A DNA stretch of 64,000 bases from a virus. Below the pieces are notes generated by a model. That model worked only from the letters and a program-made list of their open reading frames with translations, had not been told where the DNA came from and ran no database searches. The stretch covers positions 45,718 to 109,717 of IMG/VR virus record IMGVR_UViG_3300018424_007835; one strand, given 5' to 3'. Of this stretch, positions 18,521 through 28,800 are shown in pieces; position 1 is the stretch's first letter, and every line of letters starts with the position of its first letter. The position numbers and the translations under genes were made by a program.

Positions 18521-18970
18521 ATGGCTAAAGCAACTCAGAGGCAAATTGTCGGAGAAATTGCTCCGGTTCTAGATGTCCCAGGGCATTCCCCGGGGCCTCC
18601 TTTTCCGAAGTACTTTGCGACCGTAAGCGGCGGTGAGATTAGCGCTGCTGTTGAGAAAGTTTACGACGGTAATAGCACGTTCCCTGAGGTGCTTTGTGCT
18701 CCTTCAGAGATTGGCGATATTACTGTTAGTAAGTTTTACGACCCTGACGAGGACGCATCGAGGCTTAATCGGCTTCGGCAGCTTGTTGGTATGACTTATT
18801 ATGATGTGAAGGTGTACACGCTGAATTGCGATTTGAAGGAACCGGGTTCGGAGCGGGTGTATGCGAAGGCGCTGCTTGTTGGGCTTACTGAGCCTGATGG
18901 TGATGCTTCGTCGGGTGCCCCGGCTTCGTATTCGTTGACTTTCTCAATCAGTACTGTGGCCGCTGCCTGA
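18521..18970 (+). CDS. Tail tube protein
   Basis: 149 aa directly after the sheath gene; FATVSGG, GDITVSK motifs. Confidence 0.8.
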   Translation: MAKATQRQIVGEIAPVLDVPGHSPGPPFPKYFATVSGGEISAAVEKVYDGNSTFPEVLCAPSEIGDITVSKFYDPDEDASRLNRLRQLVGMTYYDVKVYTLNCDLKEPGSERVYAKALLVGLTEPDGDASSGAPASYSLTFSISTVAAA

Positions 18971-19053
18971 TATAGGTAGATAATCATATACAATTGAAAA
19001 TTTCCCATCTTGGCTGAGAGTGTTTTTGGCTGGGTGGGATTTTTTCTGTTTAC

Positions 19054-19082
19054 TTGACGTGTGCCCAGGATTTCTGTATGAT
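19054..19082 (+). promoter_or_regulatory. Promoter TTGACG-17-TATGAT upstream of the tail assembly chaperone
   Basis: Near-consensus boxes with 17-nt spacer. Confidence 0.55.
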
Positions 19083-19143
19083 ACTGGTATGCCCGGTACG
19101 CTTTGTCTGCTTACCGTTTTATATGAAAGAGGTATCAAAGATC

Positions 19144-19674
19144 ATGAGTATGAGTGATGACATTTTAGAGGTTCCTTCTTCTGTGGGTGTCGTTAATCCT
19201 CCGACTGCGACACCGGCCCCGCCTACCCGAGGGTTGACGGTTTTGGATCAGTTGAAGGAAGAGATCGCTAGGGAAGTTACTCGGGACGACATTTTTATTA
19301 ATGTGCCTGAGCGTAAGGGTGTTACTGTTTCGTTTTCCCCAAATATTGCCAATGAGCAGTTGAAGGCGTGGCGGCGTAATGCTACTAATCGGAAGACCGA
19401 TGAAATGGATTCGGTTAAGTTTGCGTGTTACGTGGTTGGGCAAACGGTGACTGGTATTTATTTTAATGATGAGCTTGTGCTTGATGAGCAGGGTAACGCT
19501 GTTACGTTTGCTTCTCCGGTTATGATGGAGATGACGAGGACGGATCGGCCTCTTCCTGATGCTATTCGTGCATTTTATGGGATTGACCCACATTTGGAGG
19601 CTGTTGCTTTGAAGATTTTGGATTATGCGGGTTATGGTGAAGATGTTGATGATGAGGACCCTACGAGGGGCTAG
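19144..19674 (+). CDS. Tail assembly chaperone (G-like)
   Basis: Lies between tube and tape measure; ends DEDPTRG; start reassigned to MSMSDD. Confidence 0.75.
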   Translation: MSMSDDILEVPSSVGVVNPPTATPAPPTRGLTVLDQLKEEIAREVTRDDIFINVPERKGVTVSFSPNIANEQLKAWRRNATNRKTDEMDSVKFACYVVGQTVTGIYFNDELVLDEQGNAVTFASPVMMEMTRTDRPLPDAIRAFYGIDPHLEAVALKILDYAGYGEDVDDEDPTRG

Positions 19675-19865
19675 TTGCGGAGTTAGCAAGTGATGTTCGC
19701 ATCATTTCTGCTGCTCGGCTAGCCGAGGCGTTTTCTACTGATCCTTTGCAAATTTTGGATTGTGATTACCATGAGTGGTTGATCCGTATTGCGGTTGCAA
19801 AAGCTTTAGCTAAGGATCGTGCGGATCAGGACAGAAAACGCCGTAATGTTAGTGGTGGCTACTGA
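19656..19865 (+). CDS. Tail assembly chaperone extension (T-like), reached by -1 frameshift
   Basis: -1 frame open 19656-19865 (LVAELASDVRIISAARLAEAFSTDPLQILD...GGY), with no convincing start of its own. Confidence 0.65.
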   Translation, partial: GPYEGLVAELASDVRIISAARLAEAFSTDPLQILDCDYHEWLIRIAVAKALAKDRADQDRKRRNVSGGY

Positions 19866-19930
19866 TCTGGGGCCAGGAATTTCTGTAGAATAACTACAGA
19901 TGTTCCTGGCCTTAGTTTTTGTGAGGAAGT

Positions 19931-22900
19931 ATGGCTGCTGAAGAAAAAGTCATAATTAGGGTTGAAATAGACTCCGATATTAACAATGACCTGCTTAGCA
20001 TTGAACGACGCCTGAAGCGGCTTGAGGGTCGCCAGAAGGAGTTTAATCGTACTTCAGGAAAAACGGATGACAGGCTTCAGAGTATTGCTAAAAACAGTCG
20101 TGGTGTTGCGAAGCACTTAGACGAAGCGGCCGAAGCGACGCAAAAGCTTGATAAGAACACGAATCGGGTTAATCGTCGTTTTGGTGTTATGCGATCTGCG
20201 CTGCGGTCGGTTATTTCTCCTTTGCGAAAATTCATTACCACATTAAGTAAGATTTCTTTTATTGCCTTAGCGGGCCAGGTTGGGTTGTTTGCTGCTGCTT
20301 TAGTGGGTGTCAAGGTGGCGCTATTAACAGGTAGAGCGGCTGTTAGTTTGTATAACACTGCGTTGAAAGGGTTGTCAGTTACTGCTGCTTCTGTGGTTTC
20401 AGGTTTGGCGGTGGCTGCCGCCGCAATTAGGCAGTTTTCTGAAGTTCAGATGGCAGCCAATTTTGGGGGCGGGGCGGCAGGCCGAACTGCTGCTGCTCGA
20501 CTTAGCCGTGGTGTAACCTCACAAGTACGGGGGCTTCTCGGCTCGGAGAACACAGCGGCTATTGTTGGTGCTCTTGCCCGTGGGGGTGTGCGTGGAAATC
20601 AGAATGCTCTCATCAGGCAGTTGTTTAATATTACTGGGGGTGACGGTGCGGCGGCTCAGGCTATTGCACAGGCTTTAGCTGGCAAGGATGTGCGTCAGGC
20701 CCAGAGAGCTGTTGAAGGAGCGGCAGGCTTTCAACAGGGGTCGATGAAGGGGATGAATTTTGACTCTATGGCTGCCCTGCGTCAGTTTGTTGCAGGTGGT
20801 GGGGCTACTGCTGAAGGGTTTTCTTCGCTGGGTGACGACATGGCCCGCTCATTCATTGGCACCATTAAGACAGAATTTGCTGGTGTTGTTGGGTTGTTTG
20901 CTGATATGGGTGAACCGCTTCTTGGCCCGTTCCGTGACGCTTTTGTTCAAATATCCAGAATCATTAAAAGTGATTTGATGGGTATGATGCAGATCATACA
21001 ACGGTTTGGGGCGGAGTCGTTTGCCCCCACGTTGGTGACTATTATTGACAAGACGAGTGAGTTTATTCGCAGTAATATTGTCAATAATTTGCAAGATGTG
21101 GAGCAGATGGGTAAGAACTTTGTGGAGTTCTTCCGTAATGTGCGTGATTTTTTTGGTGGAATTGGTGATGCTTTACGTGCGATGGAGCCTGCTGCGAATG
21201 TTGTGATTGATATGTTTAGGGCTATGGGTGGGGCGGCTGGTGGGCGTGGGTTGTTTAGGGAGTTTAGGGATTTGATTGTTGAGAATGCTGAGGCGTTTGA
21301 GAATTTTGGTGCGGGTATCGGTAACGTTATTGGGGCTGTTTTTGATTTGTTGAAGGGCGGCCAGGCGGGGTTCTTTAATAGTTTGGATCGCATATCTGCG
21401 GTTTTGAATACGGTTGCGTCTGAGTTGGTTCCGGCTATTGGTGAGATTTTGAATGCGATAACTCCTGCGTTGGAGAAGTTGCCTGATTTGGTTTCGGCAA
21501 TTGCTGATGGTTTGGAATTGATTGCGCCTCCGATTGAGTTGTTGGCTAATGCTGTGGCTATGTTGGTTCAGGTTTTGGGGGGGATGGGCGGCATTGGTGG
21601 GTTGTTGGCGCTGGGTGGCTTTGGGGCGTTTAGGAGCTTTAGGGGAGAAGCGCAGCGGAGAGGGATGACCAACCGGATGCTTCTTCAAGAAAGGCAAAGG
21701 AATTTCAGACGGAACGGTGGATTTAGGGGGCTCGTGCGAAGCCAGGGCCTCGGTGGGGTCACCTCTGCAATGGGAATGACGGGGATCGGTCTGGGGCTTA
21801 CGGCTGTGAGTGGGGCGTATGAAAGTGGTAGTACTTCTATGGGCACATTAGGTGGTGCGGCCGGTGGGGCAATGCTTGGTTTCTCTATTGCTGGCCCTCT
21901 TGGTGCTGCCGCTGGGGCTTTAATTGGGGGTATTGCAGGGTACCTTGCAGGGAAGGCGGGTCAGGCCAAGATTGCTGAGGCGACAGCGACGGCAATGCAA
22001 GAACACATCGGGAGCTTACGACTAATAGGCACTCCTGGGGCACTGACGATTGTGGAAACAAAGCAGGCGATTACTGATTTAAGCACACACCGGGATATTA
22101 TTTCCCGGGCTAGGCAGAATCCTGGGATAGAGGATCTTAGGCAAGTTGCGGAAGATATGCGTACCACGACTGACGGCATAGACTTAGCTAGTGCGTTAGA
22201 CACTACTTTTGCTGGCCCGGAGGTAGCTCTTGAAGCAGCTCTGGTGGCCGCAGAGTTTGGCACGACGAACGGTGGGGTTGACATTCGGACTGAGCATATG
22301 AAAAGAGCGCAGATAATTATGGGGCAACGGGCGCAGATGGCGGGCGGTGGCCCGGGGGGTTTGACTGGTGGCATAGGTGCTACCCTGATCGAGGGGGAGT
22401 TCTACCAGGAAGTGCTTAGGTCGGCTGAGATGCTGAAGACCTTTGACAGCCCAGAGTGGAGCGAACTGACAGGTACCCTGCAAGAGCTAGGTATTATTGG
22501 GGAGCACTTTGATGATGAAGAAATATATAAGAATTTACCGCAATACTTGGAGGAGGCCGATGCGGCAATCGGTCGCCTTGAGCAAAATGTTAGAAACTTT
22601 GATAGTAATGTAGGTATGTTGCAAAGCACGCTAGGGCTGACCTCAGAAGCGGTTCAAAGTCTAGCTGCTGATTTAGGGATAAATCTACAAGGAAGGCTAG
22701 ACCAACAAGGTACAGCTTTGCTGATGCAGGCTGCGCTTAATCCAATGGACCGCAATCAGACGTTTTTGCCTGATCTTTCCACGTCTGCTTTGGGGGTGCA
22801 GGAGAGGAACGCTACGGCTAGTGCCATGCTTGAGGCTATTGCTGGGGCAGAGGCAGGCGATCTTAATACGGGTATGATTTCGGATGCGATTCAGGCGTTT

Positions 22901-23623
22901 GCTGCGTATGAGATTGCTTTGGGTAATTCGCCTGATTTGGCTGCTCTTTCTGGTGTTTTTGAGTTGGAGGAGAAGCTACCTCAGCTTACTGGTGGGGATC
23001 CTGAGAAGGAACGTATTCTTCGGGGGCAGATTGAGTCGGCGTATGGGTCGACGTTCCGTCAGATGGAGGAGGAGTATGGTATAGATGCGGGTAGGCTTCG
23101 TACAATTTACGACGAGGCTGGGGGTGGGAGCCGTGGTATTACAGCGCTGGATACTACGCTGGATCAGCGCAAAGATTTTATGGATGCGATTGCTGGTACT
23201 GGGGGGATGGCATTTAAGGAGAGAATGTCGGTTCTGGACGAGGCGTCGGGCGGTGAATTGTATAAGAGTCGCTCACTTCAAGATGCATTCCTGAACAACT
23301 TAGCTACGGAGGGCCGGATGCAGGCTGAACGAGCTTTGCAAGGTGGGACTAGCCTTGCAGACGTAATTGACGCTGCAGCGGGGCAACAATATGGTGAATT
23401 TGATCAGCAGCAGTTTATGACCGACTTTATTTCTATGGAGGCTCCGTTGGATTTAGCACGAAACGACCTGTTATCAAATATTAAAGCTGCCATAGATATG
23501 ACGACAGAGGCAGTCAACGGGATTAACGTGTCTGACCCAGAACGAGGAGGGACAGTCACCGGGATTATAGGTGGTTCGATAGGCGCTAAGGTCGGTGCTG
23601 GCTCGATGAGGCGCTTACCTTAG
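19931..23623 (+). CDS. Tape measure protein
   Basis: 1230 aa, Ala/Gly-rich helical protein with amphipathic repeats, after the chaperones. Confidence 0.9.
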   Translation: MAAEEKVIIRVEIDSDINNDLLSIERRLKRLEGRQKEFNRTSGKTDDRLQSIAKNSRGVAKHLDEAAEATQKLDKNTNRVNRRFGVMRSALRSVISPLRKFITTLSKISFIALAGQVGLFAAALVGVKVALLTGRAAVSLYNTALKGLSVTAASVVSGLAVAAAAIRQFSEVQMAANFGGGAAGRTAAARLSRGVTSQVRGLLGSENTAAIVGALARGGVRGNQNALIRQLFNITGGDGAAAQAIAQALAGKDVRQAQRAVEGAAGFQQGSMKGMNFDSMAALRQFVAGGGATAEGFSSLGDDMARSFIGTIKTEFAGVVGLFADMGEPLLGPFRDAFVQISRIIKSDLMGMMQIIQRFGAESFAPTLVTIIDKTSEFIRSNIVNNLQDVEQMGKNFVEFFRNVRDFFGGIGDALRAMEPAANVVIDMFRAMGGAAGGRGLFREFRDLIVENAEAFENFGAGIGNVIGAVFDLLKGGQAGFFNSLDRISAVLNTVASELVPAIGEILNAITPALEKLPDLVSAIADGLELIAPPIELLANAVAMLVQVLGGMGGIGGLLALGGFGAFRSFRGEAQRRGMTNRMLLQERQRNFRRNGGFRGLVRSQGLGGVTSAMGMTGIGLGLTAVSGAYESGSTSMGTLGGAAGGAMLGFSIAGPLGAAAGALIGGIAGYLAGKAGQAKIAEATATAMQEHIGSLRLIGTPGALTIVETKQAITDLSTHRDIISRARQNPGIEDLRQVAEDMRTTTDGIDLASALDTTFAGPEVALEAALVAAEFGTTNGGVDIRTEHMKRAQIIMGQRAQMAGGGPGGLTGGIGATLIEGEFYQEVLRSAEMLKTFDSPEWSELTGTLQELGIIGEHFDDEEIYKNLPQYLEEADAAIGRLEQNVRNFDSNVGMLQSTLGLTSEAVQSLAADLGINLQGRLDQQGTALLMQAALNPMDRNQTFLPDLSTSALGVQERNATASAMLEAIAGAEAGDLNTGMISDAIQAFAAYEIALGNSPDLAALSGVFELEEKLPQLTGGDPEKERILRGQIESAYGSTFRQMEEEYGIDAGRLRTIYDEAGGGSRGITALDTTLDQRKDFMDAIAGTGGMAFKERMSVLDEASGGELYKSRSLQDAFLNNLATEGRMQAERALQGGTSLADVIDAAAGQQYGEFDQQQFMTDFISMEAPLDLARNDLLSNIKAAIDMTTEAVNGINVSDPERGGTVTGIIGGSIGAKVGAGSMRRLP

Positions 23624-23639
23624 ATTGAGGTAATTTATT

Positions 23640-24578
23640 ATGGCTAATAAATTTGTAGCGAAAAGAGTTTTATCTGCCTCTACCGGGCAGACTTCTAACC
23701 CGTTCAGGACCATTAATCCTCCTGAACGGGCTAGGTTGTCCGTTAAAGGGGATGGAAATAAGTATCTTCCGAAAGAGTATACGCCACAAACCGAACGTCC
23801 TATTATTACGCCACCCAGTAGGACACCTGGCGTGATAACGAGGATAGAGAACTTGCCCCAGACCCTGTCGAATGCCAGGGCCTCATGGCCGTCTGGTAGA
23901 CGTGCAGTGTACACAACGGACGCTTTGGGGCGTAAAGTGGTTGCTTCAAATGTTGCGAATGTAGGCCCCATGACAAAAGTTCGGGCGGCGGAGTCTTTGA
24001 CATTAGATAGTATTTTTGTTGAGTTTCCGTTCGGGCCGCAGGACTTGCAACACAGTTCCCACGCTGCTCGTATTCAGCAAGTTCAAAGGCCCGGTTTGCC
24101 CCCGTTGCTGGTAACAGAAGGCAGGTCGTTGCGGGTGTGTTCGTTTAGTGCTACTATAGCTAAGCGGGGTGGCGGCACTGACGCTGCGCTTGTTGAAGGT
24201 ATTTTGGAGAATTTGTCGCTGATGGCAGAAAACGGTGTCACATTAGAATTTGAGTACGGTTTCAGCAAACTTGACTACGATTGTGTTATGACAAATTTGA
24301 CGATGACAGATAGGTATAGGGACCAGAATGGTTATGTTACTCGGGCGGAGGTTTCGATTACGTTAACTGAACGTCCGAGGTTTAATGCGGATGTTAGGGT
24401 TTTGAAAGCAGTGTTTAAGTCTGATGATTTGACTGCTGGTATTCCTGATGGGTCAGGCAACGACAAGGTGATTGACCTAGATCCGAGAATTCAGGCTGAC
24501 TCAAACTTTCGGAAGAAGACGTTTGGCGAGGAGAGACTTAGCCCAGAGCGAGCCGCTGAGCTGGTTGGGCTCCTATAG
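23640..24578 (+). CDS. Tail tube initiator / baseplate-proximal protein
   Basis: Follows tape measure; RPG.PPLL, RD.NG...RAEVSITLTE. Confidence 0.65.
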   Translation: MANKFVAKRVLSASTGQTSNPFRTINPPERARLSVKGDGNKYLPKEYTPQTERPIITPPSRTPGVITRIENLPQTLSNARASWPSGRRAVYTTDALGRKVVASNVANVGPMTKVRAAESLTLDSIFVEFPFGPQDLQHSSHAARIQQVQRPGLPPLLVTEGRSLRVCSFSATIAKRGGGTDAALVEGILENLSLMAENGVTLEFEYGFSKLDYDCVMTNLTMTDRYRDQNGYVTRAEVSITLTERPRFNADVRVLKAVFKSDDLTAGIPDGSGNDKVIDLDPRIQADSNFRKKTFGEERLSPERAAELVGLL

Positions 24579-24586
24579 GAAATTGT

Positions 24587-25774
24587 ATGTCTACATATCT
24601 TGAAGCACTTACAGTTGGGGAAGTTGACGACGAAACCCAAATTGACATACGATCACACGTAATATCAATGCAATATGACTTAACTTCGAATCAGGTTAGC
24701 CAGCTCGACCTACAATTATATGACGAAGACTTTCGAATGCACAACAGCAACTACTTTATGGTAGGCCGGAGAATTGGGTTTAACGGAGTTGCGTTTGAAA
24801 TAGCGGCAGTATCTTTATCTTTCGGCAACATTTCAACTGTTAAAGTCACAGCACGCAGTCAGGCAATGCAGGAAATGCGCAGAGATAAGCGCACACAGAC
24901 GTGGAACAAAGTAAGCCCATCGCAGGTTGCTGCAGATATTGGTGCCGCTTTGGGGATGCAACTTTTTATTGAACCTTCCCCTCAGGTGCCTACCATTACT
25001 AAAGAAAAATCTGAGAATCAAGAAGAATCTTCATACGATATGTTGCAGCGACTTGCCCGAGAGTTAGAGTACTTATTTTTTGAAGCCCATAACACCCTGT
25101 TTTTTACATCACCAGAATTTTTGTTGGATCAACAGGCGGCGGGTGGTAATCAGATTGAACTCAAGGTTGGCGCAGCTGAAACCCAGTCCGATAAATGGCC
25201 GGTGTCTACAATTTCGCTTCGCAGAACCGCAGACGGTTCTGCAGCCGCCACTTTTTCGGCGTCACTTATTAAAACTGTGGGATCAGTAAGCTTGTTCCCG
25301 GGCACGGTTGTTGTGTTTAGTGGGGCGTCAACATTTAATCAAATGCGCTTTATTCTTGAGCGGGTGTCGTTTGATGCAACAGAGTCTGGGCTTGTAAGCA
25401 TTTCGGGGTCAACCCCTGAGGATGCTGAAGAAATGTTTTGTATACTACAAACCTTTGAACCAGGCTCTACTGGTCAATGTGTTGGCCGCATCCAACAGGC
25501 GGTTAACGCTAACGAAACAAACGTTTGGGACGCTGACACTACCCGGCAGGTGGCGAGTTTCCAATCTCTTAATGGACTCCCCCAGGACGGAACGTGGGGG
25601 GCAGATGATTGGGCGATGATTAAGGGAGATTACGAGAAGCCCCCTCGCCCAGCTGGGACTAAACGACGAAGGCGTAATCCGACGGATTGGTCGGTTATTG
25701 ATTTCCCGCCGCTTGATCCTGCCCCACCGCCCCCTCCCCCCCGATACGCCCCAGTTCCGGTTGCCTTCTATTAA
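24587..25774 (+). CDS. Baseplate hub (gpD-like) with C-terminal peptidoglycan-binding domain
   Basis: ESSYDMLQRLARELEYLFFE hub motif; GSTGQCVGRIQQ...FQSLNGLPQDGTWG. Confidence 0.75.
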   Translation: MSTYLEALTVGEVDDETQIDIRSHVISMQYDLTSNQVSQLDLQLYDEDFRMHNSNYFMVGRRIGFNGVAFEIAAVSLSFGNISTVKVTARSQAMQEMRRDKRTQTWNKVSPSQVAADIGAALGMQLFIEPSPQVPTITKEKSENQEESSYDMLQRLARELEYLFFEAHNTLFFTSPEFLLDQQAAGGNQIELKVGAAETQSDKWPVSTISLRRTADGSAAATFSASLIKTVGSVSLFPGTVVVFSGASTFNQMRFILERVSFDATESGLVSISGSTPEDAEEMFCILQTFEPGSTGQCVGRIQQAVNANETNVWDADTTRQVASFQSLNGLPQDGTWGADDWAMIKGDYEKPPRPAGTKRRRRNPTDWSVIDFPPLDPAPPPPPPRYAPVPVAFY

Positions 25775-25807
25775 TGGCATTCTGTATGATAAGGGAGAGG
25801 TGCTAAT

Positions 25808-28800
25808 ATGGTACGACGAACTTCACACAACACTTCTTATTCGACTGGAGTGACCCGCCCTAGTGGTTTTTACAATGCAGTGGTTAAAGCTGTAGGCACG
25901 GGGGACAATCCTACCGTTTCTGTGACTATTCCACGTATTGGTTTGAATAATATTTACGAAAATGTTCCCGTAATTGGGAATACTCCTGTCGTGGGTGACA
26001 ACATTCATGTGGGGTTTATAGAAGGTAGTTCTTCTGCCCCGGTTGCGATTTCTGTACGTAATAACACAGTATATTTTTCTGATTCAGCGCCTGACGTTGC
26101 TTTGGTGGGGGATTTATGGCATCGGCTTTCTGATGGTAATTTGTTTGTTTATTACAATGATGGCGATACGCTGCAGTGGGTAGAGCTGGTTAATGGTATG
26201 GGTGTCACGGTGGCAGTAGACCCGCCTGATGATCCTTCCAATTTGGATTTATGGTTAAATTTGACTACGTCGGTGTTGTCTGTTTATTATGATGATGGTA
26301 CTAGTTCCCAGTGGTTAAAGGTGGGGCCATCTGCAGCATATACTTTGCCTTTAACTGATGGTTCATCAGGTCAAGTTTTGAAGACTGACGGTTTGGGTAA
26401 CGTTTCGTGGCAAGTTGATGCGGGGGCATCAGCGAGCCCTTCGGGAGTCGACGGTGCAATCCAGTTCTCCGCTGGGGGACTGTTTGGTTCTGATGAGAAC
26501 AATTTGTTTTGGGATGATGCCAACAACCGGCTGGGGGTCGGAACTAATACCCCTTCGGTAGAGTTAGAGGTTGATGGGTCGATTGTTGCGACGCACATTG
26601 AGGCAGAGTTTGATGGGCCAAGTATTGTTGCGATTAAGAATACGTCCGGTAGCACTATACCAAAAGGTTCTCCCGTTTATGCTACTGGTTCGGTGGGAGC
26701 GTCGGGTGCTGTTGAGGTTTCTGCAGCTAGGGCTGACAATGCGGGGAACATGCCCGCTTTAGGGGTTACCAACACGGAGCTGAATCATAACGATCTCGGC
26801 CACGCAGTTGTTTTGGGTGTCATACGTGGTATGAATACTTCTTCGTTCAGTATAGGCGCTACTTTGTATGTTGCCCCTACGGGCGGGTTAACAGATGTTA
26901 AACCTGTAGCCACGGCTACACACCTTATCCAGAATATAGGTAAGGTCATTAGGGTGGATGGGTCGACCGGTGAGATTCTTGTGTCTGGGTCGGGCCGCAC
27001 GAATGATGTCCCTAATTCGTTTTCCACGTCGGGTAACGTTTCTGTGGGTGGCGATCTGGATGTGGCTGGTAATATTACTCTTTCGGGTTCGATCAATAGT
27101 GGTGCGGCTGGTGCTGATGGGTCTGTGCAGTTTGCTTCTAGTGGGGCGCTTGCGAGCGATAACGCCAATTTTTATTGGGATGATACGAACAACCGGTTGG
27201 GGCTTGGTACGAGCAGCCCTGCTGAGTTGCTGCACGTTGTTACTGCTTCGGGGGCGGCGTATCTGCGGCAAGATAATGGTACGGCAACAACTTATCTTGG
27301 CCCTGACTCTGCTAACACTGGATCGTTTGGTACTTCAACCACACACGATGTTCGGTTTCTTACAGACAATACGGAGCGTGTGCGTATTGATTCGTCGGGC
27401 AATGTTGGCATCGGCACGACCAGCCCGACTGCTCACAGCGCACAGGTTTTGCACTTGAATGGTTCTGGCACTTCTGCGGCTCTTAAAGTGACAAATAGTA
27501 CGACTGGCGCTACTAACGACGACGGATTAGATATTGCTGTTTCTGGAGACGTTGCTTACATTATCCAACGTGAAGCGGCGGACTTGCAGTTTCATACTGC
27601 GGGCACCCAGCGCATGGTTATTGACAGTTCTGGCAATGTCGGTATAGGCGAGACTGCTCCCCACCGCCCGCTCGTTGTCAATGATTACTCGGCTTCTGCT
27701 AGCAGCTTCCCGGTACATGTGGCCAACGGTGTTGATGGAGGCGGCGGCGTTCTCAACCAGGAGGCGGGTATTTGGTTTTCAACCGGTTCTTCTACCGCCA
27801 CCACCCGAGGTGCTTATATTTCCGCTAAGAACACTAATGGTGGCGGTAATGCACACGATCTTATCTTCGCCACAAGCGCTAATACTAGTTTTCCTGCGGA
27901 GCGTATGCGCATTGACAAGGAGGGCAATGTCGGCATCGGCACGAGCAGCCCTACTTACCAGCTTTCACTCTATAACCCGAGTTTGGGCACAACGATTGGC
28001 GACGAAAAGGCGGCGATCCGAGTTCATACCACAACTGCTAACGACGATTTTTTGGACATAAAAAAACGACGCTGGGCCGCCAGCAGCAGCTGGCAGTCGA
28101 GTGAGTGGCGCATCCAGGCGACAGTCGACTCTACTAAAATGGGTTACATTTCGTTTAATAATCCAAACTATGGCCTGTCGTTCGGAACTACAGATGTCGA
28201 GCGTATGACGATTCAACAGTCTGGGGCTGTGACTGTCACATCCTCTCAAAACAACGCCGCAGGCTCTGTGTTCAAGGTCATCAACACGTACACGAACGAC
28301 GGTCACGTTGTCATGAACATCACTCATGGCAACGCCACCCCGTCATCATCCGGTGGGTGGATTCGGTTTGATGATGTAAGCGGCAACCAGCATGGGCTGC
28401 TGCAGGGAGATGGCGGAGGTATCAACCTGTTCTCAGCTTCGGATCAGCGCATCAAGACCGCAATCGTGGACGCTGACAAGGACGCCTCGGTGGCGGTCAT
28501 CAAAGCCCTTCAGGTTCGGGACTTCATGTGGGACGAGGACGGTGACGGCCTCAAAGATGAGCCAGGGCACGGCTTCATCGCACAGGAAGTAGCTCAGGTT
28601 CTCCCCTCTGCCGCCCCCGGCGACCCCGAGGGAATGGAGCCTTGTTGGAGATGTGAAGCCTGCACGGCTGAGGAGAACGCAGAACTGAGCGACGAAGAAC
28701 TTCTCGCCGTTTGTATCACGCCGAAGATCAAGGTGATGTGCCTGTCGATGGAGCGGATGATCCCTGATCTGGTGGCCGCTTTGCAGAACGCTCTAGCCCG

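Noticed and set aside
19054-19143. ORF-track N-terminal extensions (19054, 28871, 30001, 30419, 39268, 7157, 52707)
   Set aside because: They overlap promoters or upstream genes; downstream starts have an RBS, translational coupling or leaderless geometry.
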